Assembly: GCA_050015375.1 (NCBI GenBank)
Contig: JBEKBN010000006.1
Location: 454 to 64,453 of the forward strand
Direction of reading: 5' to 3'
DNA length: 64,000 nucleotides
Source: Minisyncoccia bacterium
Lineage (GTDB): Bacteria > Patescibacteriota > Minisyncoccia > 2-02-FULL-40-12 > IGHO2-01-FULL-4-A
Of the stretch, positions 42,245 to 51,569 are shown piece after piece. Position numbers and translations under genes: made by a program. Position 1 is the first letter of the stretch, and each line of letters opens with the position of its first letter. Below the pieces are notes generated by a model that was not told the origin of the DNA, searched no databases, and was given only the letters and a program-made list of their open reading frames with translations.

Positions 42245-42655
42245 GTGCTTAACCTAATAAAATTTGGGGATGTTTTTGTTTATAAAGGTACTGAATGGGT
42301 TTTCTTGGCAAAAACCGAAGAACTCCTTTTCGCAGCCCAAATACTGGATAAAGAGCAAACGGCTCAAATAGATTTATTATTTAATAAGCTAGCCTCAAAG
42401 GGCAGCAAGATTGCCGACCAGATAAAAGATAAACCTCTTTATTGTTATGTTGTCCTCGAGACAGAAAAATTTAAAAGAAGAGCAGCTCATTTCAAAACAG
42501 CCATCAGCGGCAAAAGCGCAAATGATAATGAGCCTTTTTTTGATAAAATACTGGATCCTTTGATAAAAAGCGATTTGGTTAATATTAAAAAACAAATTAT
42601 AAATGGTCCGTTTAGCAAATTACTTAAGGATATAGTAAGGGATATTGATATTTAA
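42245..42655 (+). CDS. candidate PanT-type toxin of unknown family (136 aa), translationally coupled to panA
   Basis: GTG start 1 nt after the panA stop. No recognisable domain. Classified by its position in a two-gene module. Confidence 0.4.
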   Translation: MLNLIKFGDVFVYKGTEWVFLAKTEELLFAAQILDKEQTAQIDLLFNKLASKGSKIADQIKDKPLYCYVVLETEKFKRRAAHFKTAISGKSANDNEPFFDKILDPLIKSDLVNIKKQIINGPFSKLLKDIVRDIDI

Positions 42656-42667
42656 AATGAAACTACT

Positions 42668-43213
42668 ATGAACATACCGACGAAAATATTTTTTACAAAA
42701 GGGGTGGGAGCGCACAAAGACCGGCTGGCTTCTTTTGAGATGGCTTTGAGGAATGCCGGCATTGAAAAATGCAATCTGGTTTATGTCTCAAGTATTTTTC
42801 CTCCCCGGTGCAAGATCGTTACAAAAGAAGAAGGTATGAAATCGCTGGAGGCGGGCCAGATAACTTTTTGCGTCATGGCAAGGAATGAAACCAACGAACC
42901 CAACAGATTGATCTCTTCGGCGATCGGAGTCGCCGTGCCAAGAGACAATAGCACTTACGGTTATTTGTCGGAGCATCATAGTTTTGGAGAGAAAGCGGAA
43001 ATAGCCGGCGAATACGCGGAAGACCTGGCCGCCACCATGCTTGCCACCACTCTTGGAATAGAATTTGATCCGGCCACGGCCTGGGAAGAAAGAGAACAAA
43101 TTTACAAAGCAAGCGGGTACATATTTAAGACATCAAATTTTTGCCAGACGGCCGAAGGAAACAAAAACGGATTATGGACAACAGTCATCGCCGTCGCGGT
43201 AATGCTGGAATAA
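42668..43213 (+). CDS. pdaD: pyruvoyl-dependent arginine decarboxylase
   Basis: [37 protein letters not shown] matches the PdaD family, including the Ser-Ser self-cleavage site. Confidence 0.8.
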   Translation: MNIPTKIFFTKGVGAHKDRLASFEMALRNAGIEKCNLVYVSSIFPPRCKIVTKEEGMKSLEAGQITFCVMARNETNEPNRLISSAIGVAVPRDNSTYGYLSEHHSFGEKAEIAGEYAEDLAATMLATTLGIEFDPATAWEEREQIYKASGYIFKTSNFCQTAEGNKNGLWTTVIAVAVMLE

Positions 43214-43265
43214 AACAGACCCTCCCTTTGGCATAATTGTATCAAAATGATACTATTGTGGTCAG

Positions 43266-44390
43266 ATGAAGTATAGAAATCATGAAACTGAAGTTGTTTT
43301 GTTTTTCGCCGTTTTTTTGATGGGAATTTTGGTTTTTGCGGTCGGGGCGGAAAATGCCAGGGCGAGCTATCACTTTGCCAATTATCGGGGACAACCGCCG
43401 ATCCATATTTACGGCGGGACGAGTAAAACACCCAAAGGCATGACACCGGCACAAATCAAAAAAATCTACAATTTGCCGGCAAGCGGGGGCTCGGGCACGA
43501 TCGCTATTGTCGGCGCGTACGATGACGCGACGATCGAGGCCGATCTGGCTGGTTTCGATAAACAATTCAATCTCGTGTCTTGCACGACTAAAAACGGCTG
43601 TTTTGAAAAACATAAAATGAGCTCGGCAATTTCGGCCAACAGCGGCTGGGCGTTGGAGACGACGCTTGACGTGGAATGGTCGCATGCCATTGCGCCGAAC
43701 GCCAAAATACTTCTCGTCGAAGCGACGACGCCAAGTGGAGCCAATCTTCTGAAGGCCATTGATTACGCAACGGGCCGAGCCGACGCAGTGGCAATTTCAA
43801 TGAGTTGGGGCGGAGCTGAATTTCCGGAAGAAACCACATTAGATAGTCATTTCGTCAGCAAATCAGGCGCCGTCTTTTTTGCATCCTCGGGCGATAACGG
43901 CTGGGGCGCGTCTTGGCCGGCATCGAGTCCGAATGTCATCGGCGTCGGCGGGACGACCGTTGTCATGAGCTCGAACGGAACTTTTCAAAAAGAAACTGCC
44001 TGGAGCGGCAGTGGCGGCGGTGTCAGCAAATACGAAAAACAACCCGGCTTTCAGGCGGATTATTCAATAACCAAAAGCAACGGCATGCGGGCGATCCCTG
44101 ATGTCGCTTATGATGCCGATCCGGCTTCGGGTTTCCCGATCTATCGTCTTGGCATTTGGCGAACGGTTGGGGGAACTTCCGCCGGCGCGCCTCAATGGGC
44201 AGGTATCGCCGCTTTGAACCACTCGGTTTCAAACAGCAAGATTTATCAGGACAAAGCGGCCGACAATTTCGCATCATATTTTCGCGACATCGTCAGCGGC
44301 GCGAACGGCGATTGTAAATATTATTGTCAAGCCCGAAAACATTACGACTACATCACCGGCCTGGGCAGTCCTCAGACATCATCATTCTGA
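43266..44390 (+). CDS. secreted subtilase/sedolisin-like serine peptidase (S8/S53 clan)
   Basis: Signal/TM region, then SSGDNGW and GGTSAGAPQWAGIAAL (catalytic Ser motif). The subfamily is not resolved. Confidence 0.65.
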   Translation: MKYRNHETEVVLFFAVFLMGILVFAVGAENARASYHFANYRGQPPIHIYGGTSKTPKGMTPAQIKKIYNLPASGGSGTIAIVGAYDDATIEADLAGFDKQFNLVSCTTKNGCFEKHKMSSAISANSGWALETTLDVEWSHAIAPNAKILLVEATTPSGANLLKAIDYATGRADAVAISMSWGGAEFPEETTLDSHFVSKSGAVFFASSGDNGWGASWPASSPNVIGVGGTTVVMSSNGTFQKETAWSGSGGGVSKYEKQPGFQADYSITKSNGMRAIPDVAYDADPASGFPIYRLGIWRTVGGTSAGAPQWAGIAALNHSVSNSKIYQDKAADNFASYFRDIVSGANGDCKYYCQARKHYDYITGLGSPQTSSF

Positions 44391-44431
44391 TCTTATTTGA
44401 GCCGCAGGGGATTTCAGTGTATTCTTAAACC

Positions 44432-44758
44432 GTGAAATACTCACCACAAAAAATCGGATTTTTTCAGGCGATCGGGGTCGTTTTGTATATTTGTCTTTTC
44501 GCGACGGCAGTTCAGATCGTCCAAAACTGGAGACCGAGTTTTTTCATGCAATCCGGACCGGCCAGCGGAATTATAATTTTTCTTTTGGTTTTCGTGGTTT
44601 CGGCCACGATTTGCGGGGCGATGTTTCTGGGTTATCCGGCGGTTCTGTTGTTTGAAGGCAAAAAATCCGAAGCCGTCAAAACGGTGCTTTGGTCAATTCT
44701 CTGGCTGGTCATCTTTGCTATCGTCATCGGCTCGGCTTTTCTTCTTTTGGTTTATTGA
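44432..44758 (+). CDS. hypothetical membrane protein
   Basis: Three predicted TM helices. No motif. Confidence 0.45.
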   Translation: MKYSPQKIGFFQAIGVVLYICLFATAVQIVQNWRPSFFMQSGPASGIIIFLLVFVVSATICGAMFLGYPAVLLFEGKKSEAVKTVLWSILWLVIFAIVIGSAFLLLVY

Positions 44759-44818
44759 CCGCTGGCAATTTTTCAAGCAGTTTTTTCTTCATTGACGCCA
44801 ATGATTTTTTGAGATATT

Positions 44819-45520
44819 GTGTTTTTGCGTTCTTTTAATAATCCATATCATTTTGAAAGGCGGTGGCAAGTGGAGCCAGGTGCGGTATTGACGGGCCATG
44901 CGGCCGTTCGGATCAGTGGTAGATTAAGTTTAACCGCTCAGGTAGTGAGAGTTTTGCTGGATTCAGGTTTGTTTGTCTTATTATCCGAGGACAAAAATAA
45001 GAATTGTGTTCGCAAGCTGATCTACTCTGAGATTGATGATTTGTGTTTCGTTGTCATTCAGAATTGTGTCAACGGGAATATAGTGACAATTCATGAAGCC
45101 GAACATTGCGCAGAAATTTCAACCGAGGCGATGGCGCAAGCAAAAGAACTGGTCGGGAACATAGAAATCGGGACATACTTTAATCCCGTTTTGATCCAAA
45201 ACGACCAGAAAATCAGGTTTGGAATATATTATCTGGATTCAGCTGCCAACCAAACACGAGTATTGAACATCAAAGTTACCGCGAATAAGTATCTCGGGAT
45301 TCTTGATCCTTTGGAAGCAAACGCGGAACTGGAGGATGAACTTTGCGAGATGATAAAGCGATCACTTCGTCCAAAAGATATAATTATGTCGGCATTTTTT
45401 AAAATCACTGAAAAAGATAAAGCCAGATACTTCCCAGTTAAAAACCTCCTTATCCACCTGGACTCTTTGCGAAGAAGGTCTTTGCGAAAAAAATCCTTGA
45501 CCAAAACCGCCTCTACCTAA
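44819..45520 (+). CDS. hypothetical protein
   Basis: 233-aa ORF. No motif recognised. The start is uncertain. Confidence 0.4.
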   Translation: MFLRSFNNPYHFERRWQVEPGAVLTGHAAVRISGRLSLTAQVVRVLLDSGLFVLLSEDKNKNCVRKLIYSEIDDLCFVVIQNCVNGNIVTIHEAEHCAEISTEAMAQAKELVGNIEIGTYFNPVLIQNDQKIRFGIYYLDSAANQTRVLNIKVTANKYLGILDPLEANAELEDELCEMIKRSLRPKDIIMSAFFKITEKDKARYFPVKNLLIHLDSLRRRSLRKKSLTKTAST

Positions 45521-45635
45521 GTCGGACAACATCCGGCTTTTATGTTTGACATTGTGGATAACTTCTGGTATGATGGGTAAATCAGAGTTGTTCTTTGCCA
45601 TCACGATATTTACCTAAACCTGAAAAGGAGAATCC

Positions 45636-46037
45636 GTGGAAAAAAAGAATGAATTAATTCGGTCTGCTGCTTATTTGATGATCTGCCCGACATGTCTAGT
45701 TCATGGCTGGTTCATCTCCGCTGACGGGAAAAAAAGTCGCGGATTTGCTTCAAAGGAATCCGCCAAAATCGAGCTCGAAAGAGGTTTTTCGGCCGGCGTT
45801 TATTCACTGGAGGAGAGGCAACATCTGAAGGTCGAGATTGAGTCATGTTCATTGGCTGATCTCGAGATTGAAGTTGGGTATTTCAACCATGTGCTCGATG
45901 TCTCCGAGAATTCAAGCGTGGATCTATCAGTTTTCACGCGCATACTCGCCGCCTTGTCAAACGAAGAGGTGAATCCGGCGATTTATACCGACAAAGAACT
46001 CGCCAGTTTGCCGACCGGCAGTAAGTATGCCATGTGA
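45636..46037 (+). CDS. hypothetical protein
   Basis: GTG start with SD AAAAGGAGAA. N-terminal CPTC motif. Confidence 0.45.
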   Translation: MEKKNELIRSAAYLMICPTCLVHGWFISADGKKSRGFASKESAKIELERGFSAGVYSLEERQHLKVEIESCSLADLEIEVGYFNHVLDVSENSSVDLSVFTRILAALSNEEVNPAIYTDKELASLPTGSKYAM

Positions 46038-46048
46038 AAGGAGCCGGT

Positions 46049-46264
46049 ATGAAAGATATCCTTGAATTTTATGTCGCGGTTATCTTGGTATTTTTTGCGA
46101 TTATTTTTTCGGACGATATCGCTGGTATGATTATGTATTCATTTCAGCCGTCGCGTCCGAGAATTGTCGTGAATGATCTGAAGAAGGAATTGAAAACCAT
46201 TCCATTCCTCGTACTTCCGCTATACCTTTCCAGACGCAAATCGCGCCACATCCCGCCAGAGTAA
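46049..46264 (+). CDS. small hypothetical membrane protein (71 aa)
   Basis: SD AAAGGAG before the ATG at 46049. One TM helix and a basic C-terminus. Confidence 0.4.
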   Translation: MKDILEFYVAVILVFFAIIFSDDIAGMIMYSFQPSRPRIVVNDLKKELKTIPFLVLPLYLSRRKSRHIPPE

Positions 46265-46392
46265 TCGGCGGGATTTTTTCTTTTCTTTTTTTCCAATTTT
46301 GATATAATAAAATCAATGCAAGAACTGCGAGAAATGATCGAAGAAATGCAGTTGAAAGTCCCTGTTCACCCCTCACCCAGAAAGCTAAAATT

Positions 46393-46647
46393 ATGTTCTG
46401 CGTTTATTTAATTAAAAGTTTAAAAGATGGCTCGATCTATATCGGATACACGCCTAATTTAAAAAGGAGGTTAGCAGAACATAATTCAAATCAAAGTGTG
46501 TATACAAAAAATAAAGGACCATACGAACCGATTTATTGCGAGTTTTACAAATCGAAACAGGATGCAATAAATCGAGAACAAAATTTGAAAAGATTTGCGC
46601 AAGCATATTCGCAGTTGAAAAAAAGAATTACTTTTTCTCTGGAGTAG
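46393..46647 (+). CDS. GIY-YIG nuclease-domain protein (UPF0213/Slx1-like)
   Basis: VYLIKSLKDGSIYIGYTPNLKRRLAEHN...REQNLKR is the GIY-YIG motif set. Confidence 0.7.
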   Translation: MFCVYLIKSLKDGSIYIGYTPNLKRRLAEHNSNQSVYTKNKGPYEPIYCEFYKSKQDAINREQNLKRFAQAYSQLKKRITFSLE

Positions 46648-46683
46648 CTTTCTGGGTGAGGGGCAAGTCCGGGAGTTTAACAT

Positions 46684-47758
46684 ATGACTACTTTGCGTGA
46701 AGAATTGAATAGTATGCAAGATAAGTGCCGTGCCGTGCGGCACCGTCTTTGACCTAGGCGAATCGCGAGAAAAAATCAAGCAAATTGAAACCGAAATGCA
46801 AGCGCCCGGTTTTTGGAATAACAACGAAAAAGCCGGTAAAGCGTCAAAAGAATTAAATGATCTAAAAACCGAAGTCGAATTCTGGGAAACAACGATGCTG
46901 GAACTGGACGAATTCGGAAAGATGTCCGACGAGGAAATTCAGAAAAAAGAAATCGAAATCCGAGCTTTCAAAAAGAATTTCGACAAAGAATACATAAAAA
47001 TATTTTTGTCAGGAAAATACGACAAAGGCAATGCCCTTTTGTATGTCTATTCCGGCGCCGGCGGCGTGGACGCCCAGGATTGGGCTTCAATGCTTTTGCG
47101 GATGTATCAGAAATACGCCGAGCGCGAGGGTTATGGCTGGACGCTTTTGCAACAGTCCTTTGGCGAGCAGAACGGCACCAAAAGCGCCGTCGCCGAGATC
47201 ACCGGCCGCTGGGCTTACGGAAAATTGCGGGGCGAGGCCGGTGTTCATCGTTTGGTCAGGATTTCACCCTTCTCGGCCAAGTCGTTGCGCCACACATCGT
47301 TCGCTCTCGTGGACGTGCTTCCCGAGATTGAAGATGTTAAAATTAATATTGACCCGAAAGATCTGCGAATTGATACTTTTCGGTCATCGGGACCGGGCGG
47401 ACAGAATGTCAACAAACTGGAAACGGCCGTCAGGATCACCCATATTCCGACGAATCTGACCGTTGCCGTCCAATCGGAGCGTTCTCAAGCCCAGAACAAA
47501 GCCAAAGCCATGACGCTCTTGCAATCCCGTCTGGCGCAATTGATGGAAGAGAAAAAAATTCAGGAAATTTCCGAGCTTCGGCTTGACACCAAAGACAGCG
47601 CCATTGAATGGGGTAGTCAGATCCGTTCCTATGTCATTCATCCTTACAAGATGGTCAAAGACCACCGGACCGAGGTTGAGACGACGCAGGTTGACAAGGT
47701 TCTGGAAGGGGAGTTGGATGAATTCATAGAAAAAGAGTTGGTGGTTGGTAGGTCGTAG
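46684..47758 (+). CDS. prfB: peptide chain release factor 2, with a programmed +1 frameshift: join(46684..46749,46751..47758)
   Basis: Frame 0 reads MTTLREELNSMQDKCRAVRHRL then CTT TGA C (46747-46753). The +1 frame continues DLGESREKIKQ...SGPGGQNVNK...GSQIRSYV. Confidence 0.88.
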
Positions 47759-47780
47759 TTTGTAGATTGGAACGCCAAAA

Positions 47781-47816
47781 CTACTTACTACTCACTACTT
47801 ACTACAAACTAACTTG
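47781..47816. repeat. heptamer tract (CTACTTA/CTACTCA/CTACTTA/CTACAAA/CTAACTT) abutting the ftsE TTG start
   Basis: Five 7-nt CTA-anchored units ending CTAACTTG, the same junction as at the galT TTG start. Confidence 0.6.
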
Positions 47817-48497
47817 ATCGAGTTTAAAAATCTGACAAAAATTTACGAACCAAATATCGTGGTTCTGGACAACATCAACCTTGAAATTAAAAAAGGCGAG
47901 TTTGTTTCTTTGGTCGGACTTTCCGGCGCCGGCAAATCCACGATGATGAAAATGCTGACCAAAGAAGAAAAACCGACCAAAGGCAAAGTTCTAATAGACA
48001 AAATCGATGTTGATTCGATCGAGGGTAAAGAAATTCCATATTTCCGGCGGACCATCGGCACGGTTTATCAGGATTATAAATTATTAACCGCCAAAACCGC
48101 CTACGAAAATGTCGCCTTCGCCATGGAAGTTTCCGATGCCACCAAAGACGACATCGCCAAAGACGTGCCTCAGATCTTATCTATCGTCGGTTTGGCCGAC
48201 AAGAGCGGAAATTTTCCCAGCCAGTTGTCGGGCGGCGAGAAACAGCGACTGGCCATTGCCCGGGCGCTCATCCACCGGCCGAAAATCCTTCTCGCCGACG
48301 AGCCGACCGGCAATCTGGATTTGGTCAACAGTTTTGATGTGGTAAAATTATTATTGAAGATAAACGAGCTGGGCACGACAGTCATTTTGGCCACCCATGA
48401 CACCAATATCGTCAACACCATCGGCCGGCGGGTGGTCAGCATGGACAAAGGCAAGATCGTCAAAGACCAATTAGAGAACGGAAGATACGTAATATGA
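47814..48497 (+). CDS. ftsE: cell division ATP-binding protein FtsE
   Basis: TTG start. Walker A GLSGAGKST, LSGGEKQRLAIARAL and ILLADEPTGNLD. An ftsX-like gene follows immediately. Confidence 0.88.
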   Translation: MIEFKNLTKIYEPNIVVLDNINLEIKKGEFVSLVGLSGAGKSTMMKMLTKEEKPTKGKVLIDKIDVDSIEGKEIPYFRRTIGTVYQDYKLLTAKTAYENVAFAMEVSDATKDDIAKDVPQILSIVGLADKSGNFPSQLSGGEKQRLAIARALIHRPKILLADEPTGNLDLVNSFDVVKLLLKINELGTTVILATHDTNIVNTIGRRVVSMDKGKIVKDQLENGRYVI

Positions 48498-49402
48498 TCC
48501 AAACATTCAAAAACGTTATTGGTCGCGGGTGGACGAATTTCAAGCGCAACAGATATCTTAGCTTGGCCGCCACCGGCGTGATGTCGCTTTCTTTGATATT
48601 GTTTTTGGGTCTTTTGTCTTTGCAATATGTTTCTACCGAATCCATCGCTTCTCTTGAAAACAAAGTTGATGTCAGCGTCTATTTCAAAACCGACGCTCCC
48701 GAAGACCAGATCCTCGGGGTCAAATCCGACCTCTTGGCTCAAGCCGATGTTCTGAGCGTGAATTATGTTTCCCGCGACCAGGCCTTGGCGGATTTCAAAG
48801 CCCGGCATTCCCAAGACGCCATGATCGAAGAGTCGCTGTCGCTTCTGGACGACAATCCGCTGGGCGCATCTCTGGATGTCAAAGCCAAAGAATTTTCCCA
48901 ATACGCTTCCATTGCTGATTTTTTGAATAACGATAAATACAAAAGCATCATTGAACAAGTCAACTTTGAAGAGAACAAAGGCGTCATTGACAGCATCGCC
49001 AACATTTCCAACTCCATCCGAAATTGGGGTTTGACGGCGACATTTTTGCTGGCGCTGATCGCGGTTCTGGTGACATTCAACACCGTCCGGCTGACGATCT
49101 TCAATCAAAAGCAAGAGATCGAGATCATGCGCTTGGTCGGCGCTTCCAACTGGCACATCCGCGGGCCATATCTGATGGAAGGCGGATTTTACGGACTTTT
49201 CGCGGCCATAATTTCGCTGGTCATCTTCTACCCGATCGTCTATTTGGTTTCGGGCAAGGTTTCCAACTTCGTCGAGCAGGTCAATCTCATCCAATATTTC
49301 ACCGACGGCGCCCTTGAGGTCGTTCTTCTGACCGTTTTTCTGGGCGTCGCCCTCGGCGTCATCTCCAGCTTCATCGCCATCAGGAAACATCTCAAGGTAT
49401 AA
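48494..49402 (+). CDS. ftsX: cell division permease-like protein FtsX
   Basis: N-terminal TM, a periplasmic domain and a C-terminal 3-TM FtsX bundle. Overlaps the ftsE stop. Confidence 0.8.
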   Translation: MIQTFKNVIGRGWTNFKRNRYLSLAATGVMSLSLILFLGLLSLQYVSTESIASLENKVDVSVYFKTDAPEDQILGVKSDLLAQADVLSVNYVSRDQALADFKARHSQDAMIEESLSLLDDNPLGASLDVKAKEFSQYASIADFLNNDKYKSIIEQVNFEENKGVIDSIANISNSIRNWGLTATFLLALIAVLVTFNTVRLTIFNQKQEIEIMRLVGASNWHIRGPYLMEGGFYGLFAAIISLVIFYPIVYLVSGKVSNFVEQVNLIQYFTDGALEVVLLTVFLGVALGVISSFIAIRKHLKV

Positions 49403-49443
49403 AAAGAGCTCCATAATTTGGAGCCCCCGATAACAAGTGAAAT

Positions 49444-49830
49444 TTATTTGAAGAACAAAGTGAAATTGCCGATTATATGGCTGATTTTAGAACGGTTGAT
49501 TTTTTTCAATCCTCCGTCAATGATGTTAATTTCAACTTGGGTCGTTCCATCCGCAATTACGCTGCCAATATCTCGAATCATCACTTGGCCATCGTGGCCA
49601 ACCGCAAACCCACCCGGGATATTGCACTCTGTTTTTTGCAGACGCGTGACAGTGTGATGGAAACGAAGAGCGGTCCAGCACCGATTGCCCCTGCCCTCGG
49701 CAAAGTCGAAACACAAATAACCCCCGTCATCTAGTCGGATGCCGGAAACAGTTGATGAACCGTCTGGTCCATCAATTACATCGCCTACCCGAATTTCACT
49801 TGCGCGCACAACTTCACATTTTTTGATCAT
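49444..49830 (-). CDS. hypothetical protein (128 aa)
   Basis: Last ORF of the minus-strand ABC operon. No motif. The plus-strand alternative is shorter and less plausible. Confidence 0.35.
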   Translation of the reverse strand: MIKKCEVVRASEIRVGDVIDGPDGSSTVSGIRLDDGGYLCFDFAEGRGNRCWTALRFHHTVTRLQKTECNIPGGFAVGHDGQVMIRDIGSVIADGTTQVEINIIDGGLKKINRSKISHIIGNFTLFFK

Positions 49831-49927
49831 TTCGCTCTCCTTTTCGGTTGTGACGGGACTTATTATTGTATATCAATATTATCGAATGTTGTCAATTCCT
49901 GATGGATAGCAGGGGAATATTCAGATG

Positions 49928-50674
49928 TTAAATCTGAATCTTGGAGAAGAGATAACTGCCTAGCGCCAGAAAGATGATGACGATGACCGTGAGAACGATG
50001 AGGTCTGTGGAAAGGCCGAAATTGGAAACTTGACCCGAAAGCGTCGTCCGGATGCCGTCAATGCCGTAACTTAACGGATTGAACTTGGCGATGTCGGTCA
50101 GAACGGACGGTGCGCCATTGAGAGGGAACAAAGCGCCCGACAGAAAGAACAACGGCATGACCAGGAAGTTGATGATAAGTTGAAACCCTTGCATATCGTC
50201 GAGGATAGAAGCGATAGCCGTGCCCAAGGCCGTGAAAAGCAAAGCGATAAGCAAACCGAACAGAAGCGCCAGAAGAACCAGATGAAATGCCGGAACATGC
50301 AGACCAATGAACAAAGAAATGATAAAAATGAGAACTCCTTGCATCAAAGCCACCGTCGCTCCACCCAGCGTTCGGCCGATCATTATCTCAAAACGCGAAA
50401 CTGGCGCCACCAACGTCTCTTTCAGAAAACCGAATTGTTTGTCCCAAATGATCTCAATGCCTGAGAAAACCGAAGTGAATAAAATTCCCATGGCGATGAT
50501 GCCCGGCGCCAAGAATTGGATATAATTACCACCTCCGGCTTTGGCAAAAACCGGCCCGAAGCCATAGCCCAAAGCCACCAAAAACAAGATCGGCTGGCCT
50601 AAAGAGCCGACGATTCTCGCTTTTGACCGCAGATATCTTTTTATTTGTCTCAACCAGAGAATGTAGATTACCAT
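49928..50674 (-). CDS. ABC-2 type transporter permease
   Basis: Six TM helices with the ABC-2 pattern. Adjacent to a DrrA-like ATPase. Confidence 0.75.
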   Translation of the reverse strand: MVIYILWLRQIKRYLRSKARIVGSLGQPILFLVALGYGFGPVFAKAGGGNYIQFLAPGIIAMGILFTSVFSGIEIIWDKQFGFLKETLVAPVSRFEIMIGRTLGGATVALMQGVLIFIISLFIGLHVPAFHLVLLALLFGLLIALLFTALGTAIASILDDMQGFQLIINFLVMPLFFLSGALFPLNGAPSVLTDIAKFNPLSYGIDGIRTTLSGQVSNFGLSTDLIVLTVIVIIFLALGSYLFSKIQI

Positions 50675-50730
50675 AAAAATTAAAATTTATTATCGGCGTC
50701 GCGCGAAGCGCGACGCCGATGCCAATTTTT

Positions 50731-51534
50731 TTATCGCCTCCGCCACAGACGCCCGCGCATCCGCATGTGATCCGCTGCGCCGGCTTCTTCATCGCGGATG
50801 CCATGACCCGTCAGATCAATGAAAGCGTCTTCGAGCAAGGTCTTTCCGGTCTTGGCTTTCAGTTCCTCGGCCGTTCCCTGGGCGACTATTTTTCCGTTAT
50901 CAATGACAGCCATGAGTGTCGCGTTACGGTCTGCCTCTTCCATGTAATGGGTTGTGAAAAAAACCGTCACGCCTTCTTCCTTGTTCAGATCCTTGATATA
51001 GGTCCAGATGTGATTGCGGGTTTGAGGGTCAAGGCCCTGGGTCGGCTCGTCCAAGAACAGGACTTTCGGATGATGCAAAAGCGCCCGGCCGATCTCAAGC
51101 CGGCGTTTCATGCCGCCAGAATATTTTTTGACCTGGTCGTTCCTTCTTTCCCAAAGTTCCAGCAATTTCAATAGCTGTTCAATGCGCGTTCTGCGGGTGG
51201 CTCTGGGAATGCCGTATAAAACTCCGTGAAGGTCCATATTCTCCCTTGCCGTGAGCTCGTCATCCAAACTTTGGTCTTGAAAACAGATACCAAAAGAATT
51301 TCTGACATCATTTTGCTGGCTGACCGGATCTTTGCCGTTGATGCGGATATAACCCGAAGTCGGGTGGAGAAGTGTCGTTAACATCTTGATGGTCGTGGTC
51401 TTGCCGGCGCCGTTGGGACCCAAAAAAGCAAAAACCTCGCCGTGTTTGACGTTGAACGTAATGTTATTAACGGCGGTGAAATCCTTGAATTTCTTGGTTA
51501 GATTTTTGACTTCAATGATCTGTTCGATTTCCAT
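50731..51534 (-). CDS. ABC transporter ATP-binding protein (DrrA-like)
   Basis: Walker A GPNGAGKTTTIKML, signature YSGGMKRRLEIGRAL, Walker B LFLDEPTQGLD. Confidence 0.88.
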   Translation of the reverse strand: MEIEQIIEVKNLTKKFKDFTAVNNITFNVKHGEVFAFLGPNGAGKTTTIKMLTTLLHPTSGYIRINGKDPVSQQNDVRNSFGICFQDQSLDDELTARENMDLHGVLYGIPRATRRTRIEQLLKLLELWERRNDQVKKYSGGMKRRLEIGRALLHHPKVLFLDEPTQGLDPQTRNHIWTYIKDLNKEEGVTVFFTTHYMEEADRNATLMAVIDNGKIVAQGTAEELKAKTGKTLLEDAFIDLTGHGIRDEEAGAADHMRMRGRLWRRR

Positions 51535-51569
51535 GTGTGAATATTACCTAAAACATCATGAGGTAAAAA

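Noticed and set aside
48170-49414. 414-aa ORF on the minus strand
   Set aside because: It is entirely antisense to ftsX, whose plus-strand product has a clear FtsX architecture and overlaps ftsE in the canonical way. The minus-strand translation is low-complexity (runs of D/E/Q/R) with no motif.
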